From a virus: 64,000 nt of DNA. The notes below the pieces were generated by a model, which was not told the origin of the DNA, made no database searches, and was given only the letters and a program-made list of their open reading frames with translations. Location of the stretch: the IMG/VR virus record IMGVR_UViG_3300048920_000077. One strand, written 5' to 3'. The number at the start of each line of letters is the position of its first letter. Within the stretch, counting starts at the first letter, position 1. This document shows, piece by piece, positions 27,249 through 34,918 of the stretch. Both the position numbers and the translations under genes were made by a program.

Positions 27249-27647
27249 ATGGCGCTGATCAACGAGAAACTTAACAAGTTCCAGAAAGCGGCGGTCTACC
27301 GCTGCTTACCGGGCGCCGACCTCGACGATGATGACCTGGACGTCATCTATTCGGCCATGCTGAACTACGCCGAGTTCTCTACGCCGGTGAAAGTCCGGCT
27401 GACCATGCGCCGAGTCCGTGACCTGAAACCTGGCGACCTGATTGTCGGACGTGTGGGCGGCGCGATTAAGAAGGTGATCGGGGTCTATCCGGACGCGTCC
27501 AATCGCGGGCACCTCGGACACGTCGGCGAAATGAAATGGCGCGTCGACTTCGTGCTGGACAATCCCAACTGGAACCGCGAAGGCCACGACTTCCGGTATC
27601 CGGACTTCTATTACCTGATCGTGAAACAGGAGCAACGTGATGCGTAA
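27249..27647 (+). CDS. hypothetical protein (132 aa)
   Basis: ORF 27120..27647 trimmed to the ATG at 27249, 1 nt after the upstream TGA. Confidence 0.6.
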   Translation: MALINEKLNKFQKAAVYRCLPGADLDDDDLDVIYSAMLNYAEFSTPVKVRLTMRRVRDLKPGDLIVGRVGGAIKKVIGVYPDASNRGHLGHVGEMKWRVDFVLDNPNWNREGHDFRYPDFYYLIVKQEQRDA

Positions 27648-28131
27648 CATAAACGGATACCTGGAGGCGTTGAAGAAGCGCTTCCCTGGCTGCAAAGTTG
27701 GGTACCACTATGAGTTTGACGAGTTCCAGGTGGTGCTGGACGACGGCGAATCATTCCGTCATGAAGACCCGACACAACTTGTCCGTGACGTAGAGGACTA
27801 CCGGAAGGCGCAGAAAGCCGAGGCAGAAGCGAACAACGAAGGCCTGGCGCTGTTCCACACGCTGCTGGATAAAGCGAAAGAGCGCGCCATTATTGCGGCC
27901 GAGAAGTTCCCGCAGCCCAACTACGTGCTGAACAAGTTTTCCGAAGAGTCCGGCGAAGTGGTGAAAGAGATCATCCACTACACCGAGAACCGCGGCGACT
28001 GGGCGCGCGTGGAAGACGAAATCGTCGACCTGCTGGCCATGACTCTGCGTCTGCTGAAAGAAGGCGACGGCGTTATCGGATTCATCCCGCCATACCTGAA
28101 AGGGGGCGACAATGTCAAAAGTAATCCTTAG
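27640..28131 (+). CDS. MazG-like nucleotide pyrophosphohydrolase domain protein
   Basis: C-terminal half FSEESGEVVKEI...VEDEIVDLLAMTL fits the MazG E..GE...E..D helices. AGGAG lies 8 nt before the ATG. Confidence 0.6.
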   Translation: MRNINGYLEALKKRFPGCKVGYHYEFDEFQVVLDDGESFRHEDPTQLVRDVEDYRKAQKAEAEANNEGLALFHTLLDKAKERAIIAAEKFPQPNYVLNKFSEESGEVVKEIIHYTENRGDWARVEDEIVDLLAMTLRLLKEGDGVIGFIPPYLKGGDNVKSNP

Positions 28132-28348
28132 CGAACGCCTGGTCATCATCCTCGGACGTCTTCTCGGCGAGGACTATGCCTGGCGCGGTGTTGAGTTCAC
28201 GAACGACACGGAAGGTCTGTTCACGGAAAGATTCATGGACGAAGCAAAAACCGGATTTTTCAACGACGAAGCAGATTTGTTCGTGGCGGAGGAAGAAGAC
28301 GTGATCCGGTTCTTCGAAAAGGTCGCAGAGGAGAACGGCAATGACTGA
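28112..28348 (+). CDS. hypothetical acidic small protein
   Basis: 78-aa ORF in an operon, overlapping both neighbours. Confidence 0.5.
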   Translation: MSKVILSERLVIILGRLLGEDYAWRGVEFTNDTEGLFTERFMDEAKTGFFNDEADLFVAEEEDVIRFFEKVAEENGND

Positions 28349-28670
28349 ACGCGTATTGCAGTTAGCCGTCGAAGGCGAATACTTCGAGGCGTTCCTGGAT
28401 GGCTCGAAGAAGCACGAATACCGTCTGGCCAATAACTACTGGCAGCGCCGGATTGTCGGCAGGGAGTATGACAAGCTGATCCTGACGTGGGGGTATCCGA
28501 GCAAGACAGACAAGAAGCGCCGCATCGAAATGCCTTACACCGGCTATGAGTTCCTGGACTCCATGCAGCACAAGCATTTCGGCGACGGTATCGTTCAGGT
28601 GTTCGCTATCAATATCGCCCCGCGCGAGCAATGGACGCACGATCCTGCGCTGTCGCACAAAAAGACATAA
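28341..28670 (+). CDS. ASCH-like domain protein
   Basis: N-terminal YFEAFLDGSKKHEYRL resembles the ASCH F..I..G.K..E.R strand-loop. Confidence 0.5.
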   Translation: MTERVLQLAVEGEYFEAFLDGSKKHEYRLANNYWQRRIVGREYDKLILTWGYPSKTDKKRRIEMPYTGYEFLDSMQHKHFGDGIVQVFAINIAPREQWTHDPALSHKKT

Positions 28671-28696
28671 ATTGTCGGTACCCGCGACAAAAACGA

Positions 28697-28726
28697 TTGA
28701 CCTTCACGACAGGTGTGTGCTAGTTT
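28697..28726 (+). promoter_or_regulatory. early promoter (TTGACCTTC family), rightward
   Basis: AAAAACGATTGACCTTCACGAC...-18 nt-TAGTTT. Same -35 context as 24641, 21568 and 24126. Confidence 0.5.
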
Positions 28727-28754
28727 TCATCTTAGGTACAACTAAGGGGACAAC

Positions 28755-29024
28755 ATGCACACACCTGAACGCTATTTAGAAGTATTCCAGGAGGGGCGCC
28801 TTGCCGGAGAGATCGGGGTAAGGCGCGAGCACAACCCATTCCTGGGTACTGATCTCGCTGACGCATGGGAAGAAGGACGCCAACACGGGGAACAAAACTT
28901 CGAACTGTTCAAGCGAGATCTGGATGATCACTTTAAAGGGACCGGCCGCCACCTGGCTATGGTAGCCGCCACCGTGATATTTTTAGTCGTCATCACCGTC
29001 ATATTCTTTTTAACGGAGCATTGA
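28755..29024 (+). CDS. Rmf/CrpP-like motif protein with C-terminal transmembrane anchor
   Basis: FQEGRLAGEIGVRREHNPF...AWEEGRQHG resembles the G..AG..G...(C/N)P(Y/F)...W..GW motif. C-terminal TM LAMVAATVIFLVVITVIFFL. Confidence 0.45.
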   Translation: MHTPERYLEVFQEGRLAGEIGVRREHNPFLGTDLADAWEEGRQHGEQNFELFKRDLDDHFKGTGRHLAMVAATVIFLVVITVIFFLTEH

Positions 29025-29025
29025 T

Positions 29026-29358
29026 ATGCACATGCCAACACTTAAAACCCATCGGAAACGCGTGGGACTGACCGGCGACATCCGTTTCCGCAGGCAATGG
29101 TTTACCCGCAAGATGATCCTGCAGGTGGCCGTGATTTACGAAGTGGTTAAGTACCGCTACCCGCAAGAACTGACCGACCCGAACACCCCGTTCACCACGG
29201 AGGTCGAGTGGGAGGATGCAGACGGGTCTGCCGCCCTTCGCGTGATGTTCCGCCTACCGCCATTCGGTCCGAAGCTGGATTTCGGTGATCCTAAAATTCC
29301 AGAATTCGCGGGAAACGGCGAGTACAGAAGCGCTCGCAAGGAGTTCGTCAAGAAATGA
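29026..29358 (+). CDS. hypothetical protein (110 aa)
   Basis: ORF in an operon, ATGA coupling to the methyltransferase gene. Confidence 0.5.
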   Translation: MHMPTLKTHRKRVGLTGDIRFRRQWFTRKMILQVAVIYEVVKYRYPQELTDPNTPFTTEVEWEDADGSAALRVMFRLPPFGPKLDFGDPKIPEFAGNGEYRSARKEFVKK

Positions 29359-30380
29359 CGGTCTACTATAACGAGTTCGACCCTAACGCTGCCGACTGGC
29401 TTGAAAACCTGATTTTATCCGGCGACCTGCCCGACGGCGTGGTCGACCGAAGGAGTATTGTCGATGTCCAACCATCCGACCTTCGCGGCTTTAACGCCTG
29501 TCACTTTTTTGCCGGAATTGGCGGCTGGCCGCTCGCCTTACGAATGGCCGGTTTCCCCGATGACTTTCGCGTATGGACCGGCAGTCCTCCCTGCCAGCCT
29601 TTCAGTAACGCCGGAAAACAAAAAGGTCGCAGCGACGATCGCCACCTCGCGCCAGTCTGGTGCCGACTCGTCAAAGAGTGCCAACCTGCAATTATGTTTG
29701 GCGAACAGGTTGAGAACGCTATCAAAAAACATTGGCTCGACGATTTATACGATCAACTGGAAATGGCGGGTTACGCCGTGGGATCGGCCGTACTGCCAGG
29801 CGGTATCATCGGCGCGCCGCACCGCAGGGAACGAATCATGTTCGGCGCTCACCGGCTGGATGTCCCCGACAGTGATGTCGAAAATTGGGGGACGCTCACC
29901 GGAGAGTTTGGCCAAACGGCAGGCGGACAGGTTGAAGAGTGGCCGGACGTCGCTAAGTCCTGGGAACCTGGGCGAGCAACTTACGATGTATTACGCAGCC
30001 TGGCCGACGCCCACGGCATCGGACGTGAAGGGATCGGGACCGACCGTCATCCGGCAGGACGGGAAGGACAGGACGTGGGATCGGATCGACTTCGCTGCGG
30101 AACAGGGATTCAAGACAACAATGCTCCGCATTACATGCCTTGGGGAATTGTTGACTGGGTCTGCGGCGGGGATGGTAAGTGGCGGCCAATTGAACCCGGC
30201 CTTGCCCCGCTGGTTAATGGGTTTTCCGATATCGTGGGACCGGGAAAGTCCGAGATATTACGCCTGGCTCGCAGTAACAAAACAATCCGGCTTAAAGGCT
30301 ACGGGAACGCCATCATCCCCGCGCTCGCTGCCGAATTCATCCGAGCCTTTGTCCTCGCCATTGGCGACAGTCGACTCTGA
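29355..30380 (+). CDS. DNA (cytosine-5)-methyltransferase
   Basis: Motif I FFAGIGG, IV SPPCQPFS, VI GEQVENA, VIII GAPHRRERIMF. C-terminal WRPIEPGLAPLVNGF...LKGYGNAIIPALAAEFI (motif X). Confidence 0.85.
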   Translation: MTVYYNEFDPNAADWLENLILSGDLPDGVVDRRSIVDVQPSDLRGFNACHFFAGIGGWPLALRMAGFPDDFRVWTGSPPCQPFSNAGKQKGRSDDRHLAPVWCRLVKECQPAIMFGEQVENAIKKHWLDDLYDQLEMAGYAVGSAVLPGGIIGAPHRRERIMFGAHRLDVPDSDVENWGTLTGEFGQTAGGQVEEWPDVAKSWEPGRATYDVLRSLADAHGIGREGIGTDRHPAGREGQDVGSDRLRCGTGIQDNNAPHYMPWGIVDWVCGGDGKWRPIEPGLAPLVNGFSDIVGPGKSEILRLARSNKTIRLKGYGNAIIPALAAEFIRAFVLAIGDSRL

Positions 30381-30396
30381 GGATGACCTCTTATGA
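29464..30396 (+). CDS. same-strand +1 frame ORF inside the C5-methyltransferase gene, encoding alternative methyltransferase-like C-terminal motifs (expression unproven)
   Basis: Open for 312 codons from 29458. AAGGAG (29450-55)-N8-ATG (29464). Encodes GWMSPTV, AAWPTPTASDVKG and QLNPALPRWLMGFPISWD. Ends DSEDDLL, with its TGA overlapping the next ATG. Confidence 0.4.
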   Translation: MSNHPTFAALTPVTFLPELAAGRSPYEWPVSPMTFAYGPAVLPASLSVTPENKKVAATIATSRQSGADSSKSANLQLCLANRLRTLSKNIGSTIYTINWKWRVTPWDRPYCQAVSSARRTAGNESCSALTGWMSPTVMSKIGGRSPESLAKRQADRLKSGRTSLSPGNLGEQLTMYYAAWPTPTASDVKGSGPTVIRQDGKDRTWDRIDFAAEQGFKTTMLRITCLGELLTGSAAGMVSGGQLNPALPRWLMGFPISWDRESPRYYAWLAVTKQSGLKATGTPSSPRSLPNSSEPLSSPLATVDSEDDLL

Positions 30397-30623
30397 TCAC
30401 GGTAAAAACGGCTGCTAAGATGGTGGCCATTGCCCTGGTAAACAACAAGATGATCGCCGACATCAACGGCGCTCTGAACGAAGCAGACCGGTATGGTGTG
30501 TCCGAAGACAATCCCTCCCGCCGTCTGCTGAATCGTCTGTTGAAGCGCCACCAGCACATCGCGGACAAGATGGTTCACTATGCCACCCAGTTAACAAGAG
30601 AGAACGATTATGCCGAAAAATAA
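30393..30623 (+). CDS. hypothetical small protein
   Basis: 76-aa ORF in an operon. Confidence 0.5.
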   Translation: MITVKTAAKMVAIALVNNKMIADINGALNEADRYGVSEDNPSRRLLNRLLKRHQHIADKMVHYATQLTRENDYAEK

Positions 30624-30939
30624 ACCACTGAACTTCGAAGGTGCCACGCTTAAATCCGGCGGTGGCAGTATCAGCAACGGCATGTACGTGAAGAATTTCT
30701 GGCGCGTGGAGTTAGCCGACGGAACCCAAATCCAACGCGATTACTACTACAGCGGAAAGAACGGCCAGTATTTCTGGAAACGCTGGTGGCCAAACGACGA
30801 CATCGCCACCTGGCGCAGCAGCGAAAGCCGCGGCAGTTTCCGTAAACTGGGCGACTTCGACAACGCGGCCGTTGACGCGTGGGTTAAGGCGCATCCGGAT
30901 TTCTACGAAGACGGCACCAAAAAGTACGAGGAACGCTGA
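30610..30939 (+). CDS. hypothetical protein, Trp/Tyr-rich
   Basis: 109-aa ORF in an operon. Confidence 0.55.
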   Translation: MPKNKPLNFEGATLKSGGGSISNGMYVKNFWRVELADGTQIQRDYYYSGKNGQYFWKRWWPNDDIATWRSSESRGSFRKLGDFDNAAVDAWVKAHPDFYEDGTKKYEER

Positions 30940-30940
30940 C

Positions 30941-31135
30941 ATGGACGAGGAAATGGAGTTTTACGGCTACTGGCTGTATCACGAATGCGATTGCGGCGGC
31001 ATTCTGACGTCGTGGGCGCAATACGAAAGACTCCATGCCAGCGACCCACTTGTCGAGCGAGTTTCCTGGGAACGGTATAAGCAGGCACATGAAGACGGTT
31101 GGGATGTGGAGTGGACAGAGAACGAAGAACTGTAG
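30941..31135 (+). CDS. hypothetical small acidic protein (ends ...TENEEL)
   Basis: ORF 30872..31135 trimmed to the ATG at 30941, 1 nt after the upstream stop. Confidence 0.5.
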   Translation: MDEEMEFYGYWLYHECDCGGILTSWAQYERLHASDPLVERVSWERYKQAHEDGWDVEWTENEEL

Positions 31136-31152
31136 TCCACCTGAAAAACTGT

Positions 31153-31181
31153 TTGACAGGAAGAACGCATGTAATTATCTT
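31153..31181 (+). promoter_or_regulatory. sigma70-type promoter embedded in a 9-bp inverted repeat
   Basis: TTGACA-17 nt-TATCTT. GTTTGACAG (31151-59) and CTGTCAAAC (31183-91) bracket it. Confidence 0.5.
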
Positions 31182-31209
31182 TCTGTCAAACAGCCAAAAG
31201 GATCTTATC

Positions 31210-31533
31210 ATGACCGACCAGCTTTCCATTGCCATGCAGATGCCGGATGACGGCGTCCAGAAAGGCTCCCGCAAACAACCTTCCTCCCTGACCAGCCAGA
31301 TTGCCGCGCTGGATTTAGGGGAGGTCTGCTGCAAAATGGTGGCCGTTGACGCCGCCGACCTGAAATCCCTGTCTACCATCAAGAAAGGTCTGTCCGACGG
31401 CGCGTATTCCAGCGTTAAGGGTGCGAAGAACCGCAATGGTATGTCAGGCGCTGAGTTCTCCATAGAAACTTCCCACACCATCACCGCCAGCGGCAACGTA
31501 TACGCCGTGGCCATCATCAAAAGGATGAAATAA
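31210..31533 (+). CDS. hypothetical protein, paralog of 24700..25002
   Basis: ORF trimmed to the ATG at 31210 after AAAGGA. First gene behind the promoter. Shared motif pattern with 24700..25002. Confidence 0.6.
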   Translation: MTDQLSIAMQMPDDGVQKGSRKQPSSLTSQIAALDLGEVCCKMVAVDAADLKSLSTIKKGLSDGAYSSVKGAKNRNGMSGAEFSIETSHTITASGNVYAVAIIKRMK

Positions 31534-31958
31534 TGACTGAACTAAACCTGTCCGCTGCAGAGGTTGGCCGACTGACGCACACTCTGACCGAAGCGCTTAT
31601 CGAACTGGGTATCAATGCCGGTGAACGCGGAGAGAATTACCCGCTGGTTCTCGCCGACCTGGTACCGGCCATCAAAAAGCTGAAACAGTCGAACGAAGCC
31701 CTGCAGGGCGAAATCAAAATCATGGAAGCCGTACAGGAACGACTGTCCGACGACCTGGAAGAGAAGTTCAACCAGATGCAGGTCAGCCTGATCGCCTTCG
31801 TCATGTGGAAATGCGGCCGTAAAACACTGGCCATCGACAGCCGCGAAATCACGGACACCACGCGTTTCGGTGCGCAGCAGATTGGCGTGAAGGCCGTCGA
31901 CAAGTACACCACGCAGTACCAGGTTCGCCCACTGAAAGGTGATCGCCATGGCCGATGA
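31533..31958 (+). CDS. hypothetical protein (141 aa), coiled-coil-like centre
   Basis: ORF with TAATG coupling to the upstream gene. Confidence 0.55.
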   Translation: MTELNLSAAEVGRLTHTLTEALIELGINAGERGENYPLVLADLVPAIKKLKQSNEALQGEIKIMEAVQERLSDDLEEKFNQMQVSLIAFVMWKCGRKTLAIDSREITDTTRFGAQQIGVKAVDKYTTQYQVRPLKGDRHGR

Positions 31959-32310
31959 TCTCGCCCGCTTGAATGCGGAGCCGGCCCCGCCGGAATTCCT
32001 GACACTGGACGAGGCGGCGGTAACGTTCCTCGCCCTGCAGCGCATCCTGAAAGTCCACAGCCCATCTTTCGCTATGTTGAAAGCGTGTGGCCACACGGTT
32101 GAGCGGGAAATGCGCCACAACGTTACTACTGTCGTCGAAGAGATCAGCATGATGAATCTGTCTCCGGCGCGACAGGAAATCATTTCGGAACACCTGTTCC
32201 GGAAACTGGGCGACCTGTCGTCCGCTATCGACAACCTGCGCCTGATATCCGAAGACCTCATGAATTCGGATATCCAGAAAATACTGGCGCGCTACGAAGG
32301 AAGGGATTAA
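31948..32310 (+). CDS. hypothetical protein
   Basis: ORF 31939..32310. ATG at 31948 preferred over GTG at 31939. Confidence 0.55.
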   Translation: MADDLARLNAEPAPPEFLTLDEAAVTFLALQRILKVHSPSFAMLKACGHTVEREMRHNVTTVVEEISMMNLSPARQEIISEHLFRKLGDLSSAIDNLRLISEDLMNSDIQKILARYEGRD

Positions 32311-33509
32311 TGGCTACTTTCGCTAACAAACTGAGAGGGTTTAACGTGATGCGCCTGGAGAAATCCATGGTCGCAGATTCGTACCCACTGAAACACTTAT
32401 GGTCTGGCCACTCTGCAGAAGAGGTTGCCCGCGCCATGAACCTGCAGGTCAAAGAGGCATCGGAAACCACCCCGCTGTATGCCGAAGACCCTGCCACCTC
32501 CGCATGGCTGCGATACGGCTTCGCCCGCATCACGGACGCGCTGCCGTTCATGGAAATAGAGTGGCAGGACGACAGCGACTTCGACCCCGCGGACACGGTG
32601 TTCCATGCGCTCGACAACGGCCAGATCTTTGCCATCCTGGAACGTCGTGAACGCATCCTGCCAGGTGACACGTTGCGCGCCGAAGTCCAGAAGGAAGGGG
32701 CGAAACTGGCCAAGCGTCAGGGCGAAGAACTGAACCGTAAACAGTGGGCGGAAATCAAAGACGTCGTGGCCGCCCGTCTGCTGTCGAAAGCCCTTATCCG
32801 GACCCGTCAGATCCCGGTCCTGTTCCAGCGCTCCGTCAACGACCCTGACATCTACGACGTGTTCTACTTCGTCAGCAGTCACAAGGTCGTGGAAGACGTG
32901 AATACCGCGCTGTTCCGCCGCGCGTTCACCTCGTTCCCTGCGTACCCGTTTGAGAACGACCTGACGCTGCCCGTCAAATGGCTGCTGACGCGTATCCTGA
33001 AAGAGACGGAAGGCGATAAGGCGTGGCCAACGTTCGTGCCGTACACGTCGGCTAAACTGACTGATAAGGCATCCGGCGGTTCGGCGTACTCGTTCAAAGA
33101 CCAGATCCTGCGCGGTTCTGACGGCGAGTTCGACCCACTGGTGGCCGAAGCGCTGGAACAGGACTATGAAGTGGACAACATGTCCATGCGCTTCTGGCAG
33201 AAGTCGCCTATCGATCACGCCCTCGGCTACACGTCGTTCAAGCTCAACGCGAAAGGCGTGTTCTCCGGCATCAAAGTGTCGGACATTCTGGTGGCCGAGC
33301 GGGGCAGCGTGGAAAGCGACAGCGCGATGCTGGACTTCAACGCTTACATGTTCCTGTATACGGACATCATCGGGGACATGATCGGCTACCTGGAAGACCT
33401 CTGCTCCTACTTCTCGCCTGACCGCCAGCGCGACGAGGAAGACGGCACGGGCAAAGTCGGCGAAACGGAAACCGTCGACGAAGAGTATGACGAGAACGAC
33501 GAACTGTAA
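32310..33509 (+). CDS. rdgC: RdgC-like recombination-associated protein
   Basis: NGQIFAILERRERILPGDTLRAEVQKEGAKL...ARLLSKALIRTRQIPVLF parallels E. coli RdgC [21 protein letters not shown]...LLPRAFSRFSQT. Extra acidic tail. Confidence 0.7.
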   Translation: MATFANKLRGFNVMRLEKSMVADSYPLKHLWSGHSAEEVARAMNLQVKEASETTPLYAEDPATSAWLRYGFARITDALPFMEIEWQDDSDFDPADTVFHALDNGQIFAILERRERILPGDTLRAEVQKEGAKLAKRQGEELNRKQWAEIKDVVAARLLSKALIRTRQIPVLFQRSVNDPDIYDVFYFVSSHKVVEDVNTALFRRAFTSFPAYPFENDLTLPVKWLLTRILKETEGDKAWPTFVPYTSAKLTDKASGGSAYSFKDQILRGSDGEFDPLVAEALEQDYEVDNMSMRFWQKSPIDHALGYTSFKLNAKGVFSGIKVSDILVAERGSVESDSAMLDFNAYMFLYTDIIGDMIGYLEDLCSYFSPDRQRDEEDGTGKVGETETVDEEYDENDEL

Positions 33510-33518
33510 GGGGCGGGT

Positions 33519-33752
33519 ATGGCAGCACCGAAGTACGAAACATACCGCAAGATGTTAGCCGACATGGAGGTCGGCCATTCCTTCTTCGTGGAGGGAAAAC
33601 AGCCGAAGGACGTTTACTTCTTGCGACAGGTGGCGCGGCGGGCCGGCATTAAAATTTCCATCCACCGTGTCGAGAACGACGAGATCTACCAGGGGCAGGC
33701 GGGCGTCCGCGTCTGGAAGGAGAAACCGGACAGTGAAGATGACAAACTCTGA
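33519..33752 (+). CDS. hypothetical small protein (ends ...DSEDDKL)
   Basis: 77-aa ORF in an operon. Confidence 0.55.
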   Translation: MAAPKYETYRKMLADMEVGHSFFVEGKQPKDVYFLRQVARRAGIKISIHRVENDEIYQGQAGVRVWKEKPDSEDDKL

Positions 33753-34155
33753 CCCGTTCCACATACCGTCCACGTCCTCCCGTCAGGGCGTCTATAAGCA
33801 CTGGCGTAACTGGCGGACTGGCGTGATCATCGAAACCATCCACAAGCCCGACGAGAAGACGGAAATCTGGTGGGATAGCGAGTTCGAAGCCGTCGTGCTG
33901 TTCCACCACCAGGGGCAGCAGATTGTCTTCTGCGATCCGCTGCTGGAAGTCATGAAGATGCAGCCCCGCCACAACGGCTGCACGGTCATCCGGCTGGAAG
34001 AATTCAACCAACTGGTGAAGCAGTACGGAGGTGAGAACACGCACGGCTATCTTTGCAATAGGACAAATGATGATTTGACAATCGAATCGTTACTAACTAT
34101 TAATATGGATAGCCGTAGTGAACTTACTTCTGTACTGAAAGCGCCCTGGTATTAA
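33739..34155 (+). CDS. hypothetical protein (138 aa)
   Basis: ORF 33667..34155 trimmed to the ATG at 33739. Last gene before a terminator. Confidence 0.55.
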   Translation: MTNSDPFHIPSTSSRQGVYKHWRNWRTGVIIETIHKPDEKTEIWWDSEFEAVVLFHHQGQQIVFCDPLLEVMKMQPRHNGCTVIRLEEFNQLVKQYGGENTHGYLCNRTNDDLTIESLLTINMDSRSELTSVLKAPWY

Positions 34156-34185
34156 TTTTGGTGGAAGGTAACGAGAGACTCATTT

Positions 34186-34212
34186 TGCCCCGCACGTCGG
34201 GGCATCTTTTTA
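34186..34212 (+). terminator. intrinsic terminator
   Basis: TGCCCCG-CACGT-CGGGGCA followed by TCTTTTTA. Confidence 0.65.
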
Positions 34213-34225
34213 TCCGTAAAACTTG

Positions 34226-34255
34226 TTGACATGCGATCTAACGGTGGTGTAATTT
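34226..34255 (+). promoter_or_regulatory. sigma70-type promoter (TTGACATGCGA family)
   Basis: TTGACA-18 nt-TAATTT. About 35 bp are nearly identical to 37141-37175. An 8-bp inverted repeat TTTGTAAT/ATTACAAA follows. Confidence 0.55.
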
Positions 34256-34285
34256 GTAATAGTAATTACAAACGGAGCTACCTCA

Positions 34286-34918
34286 ATGAAACTACCGAGT
34301 ATCACGCCTTACCGGCCATCGAAAGTCGAATGGCCATCCTCGGCCACACCGGATTTCGGCGGTGAAATCGGCCTGATAATGCACGACGGCTCGTTCCCCT
34401 TCTTCGTCAGCAGCACCGGAAAGACCAGTGACCTGCCGGACGATATCGCAGAAGAGGTCGACCCGCTGTACGCTATTGCTGCGAAAGAGTTCAACCCTGT
34501 ACGCCCGAAAGACTTCGACGGTCTGGCTATCTATGGCCACCTCGTCAAAGGATACTTCTTCGGGCGTTTCGCTATGCGCGCTGGCGTGGCCGCCGGTACC
34601 GAAAAGATGCGCGGCGACCTCGGCATGGCGCGGGCGTCGTTGATGCGGATCATGCTGCAGGCGGGAATGATTCACCAGGAATACAAAGGCCGCATGTGGA
34701 TCGCCCCGTCGTTCCCCGTGCTATGCGATGCGCAGTTTGGCCGCCAGTTCGCCAAGTGGCATGGCCATCCGACGCTGACCGACCAGTTCGCTTCCCGGAC
34801 CCTGCCAAAAGTCCCGACGTTCGGCGCGCTGCTGACCGACATTTTCGTAACCTACACCCCAACCGGTGCGATCAGTATGCGCGCCACCGAAGACCAGACG
34901 GAGAACCTTTGCTTATGA
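34286..34918 (+). CDS. hypothetical protein (210 aa)
   Basis: Clean ORF, GGAG before the ATG. Confidence 0.6.
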   Translation: MKLPSITPYRPSKVEWPSSATPDFGGEIGLIMHDGSFPFFVSSTGKTSDLPDDIAEEVDPLYAIAAKEFNPVRPKDFDGLAIYGHLVKGYFFGRFAMRAGVAAGTEKMRGDLGMARASLMRIMLQAGMIHQEYKGRMWIAPSFPVLCDAQFGRQFAKWHGHPTLTDQFASRTLPKVPTFGALLTDIFVTYTPTGAISMRATEDQTENLCL

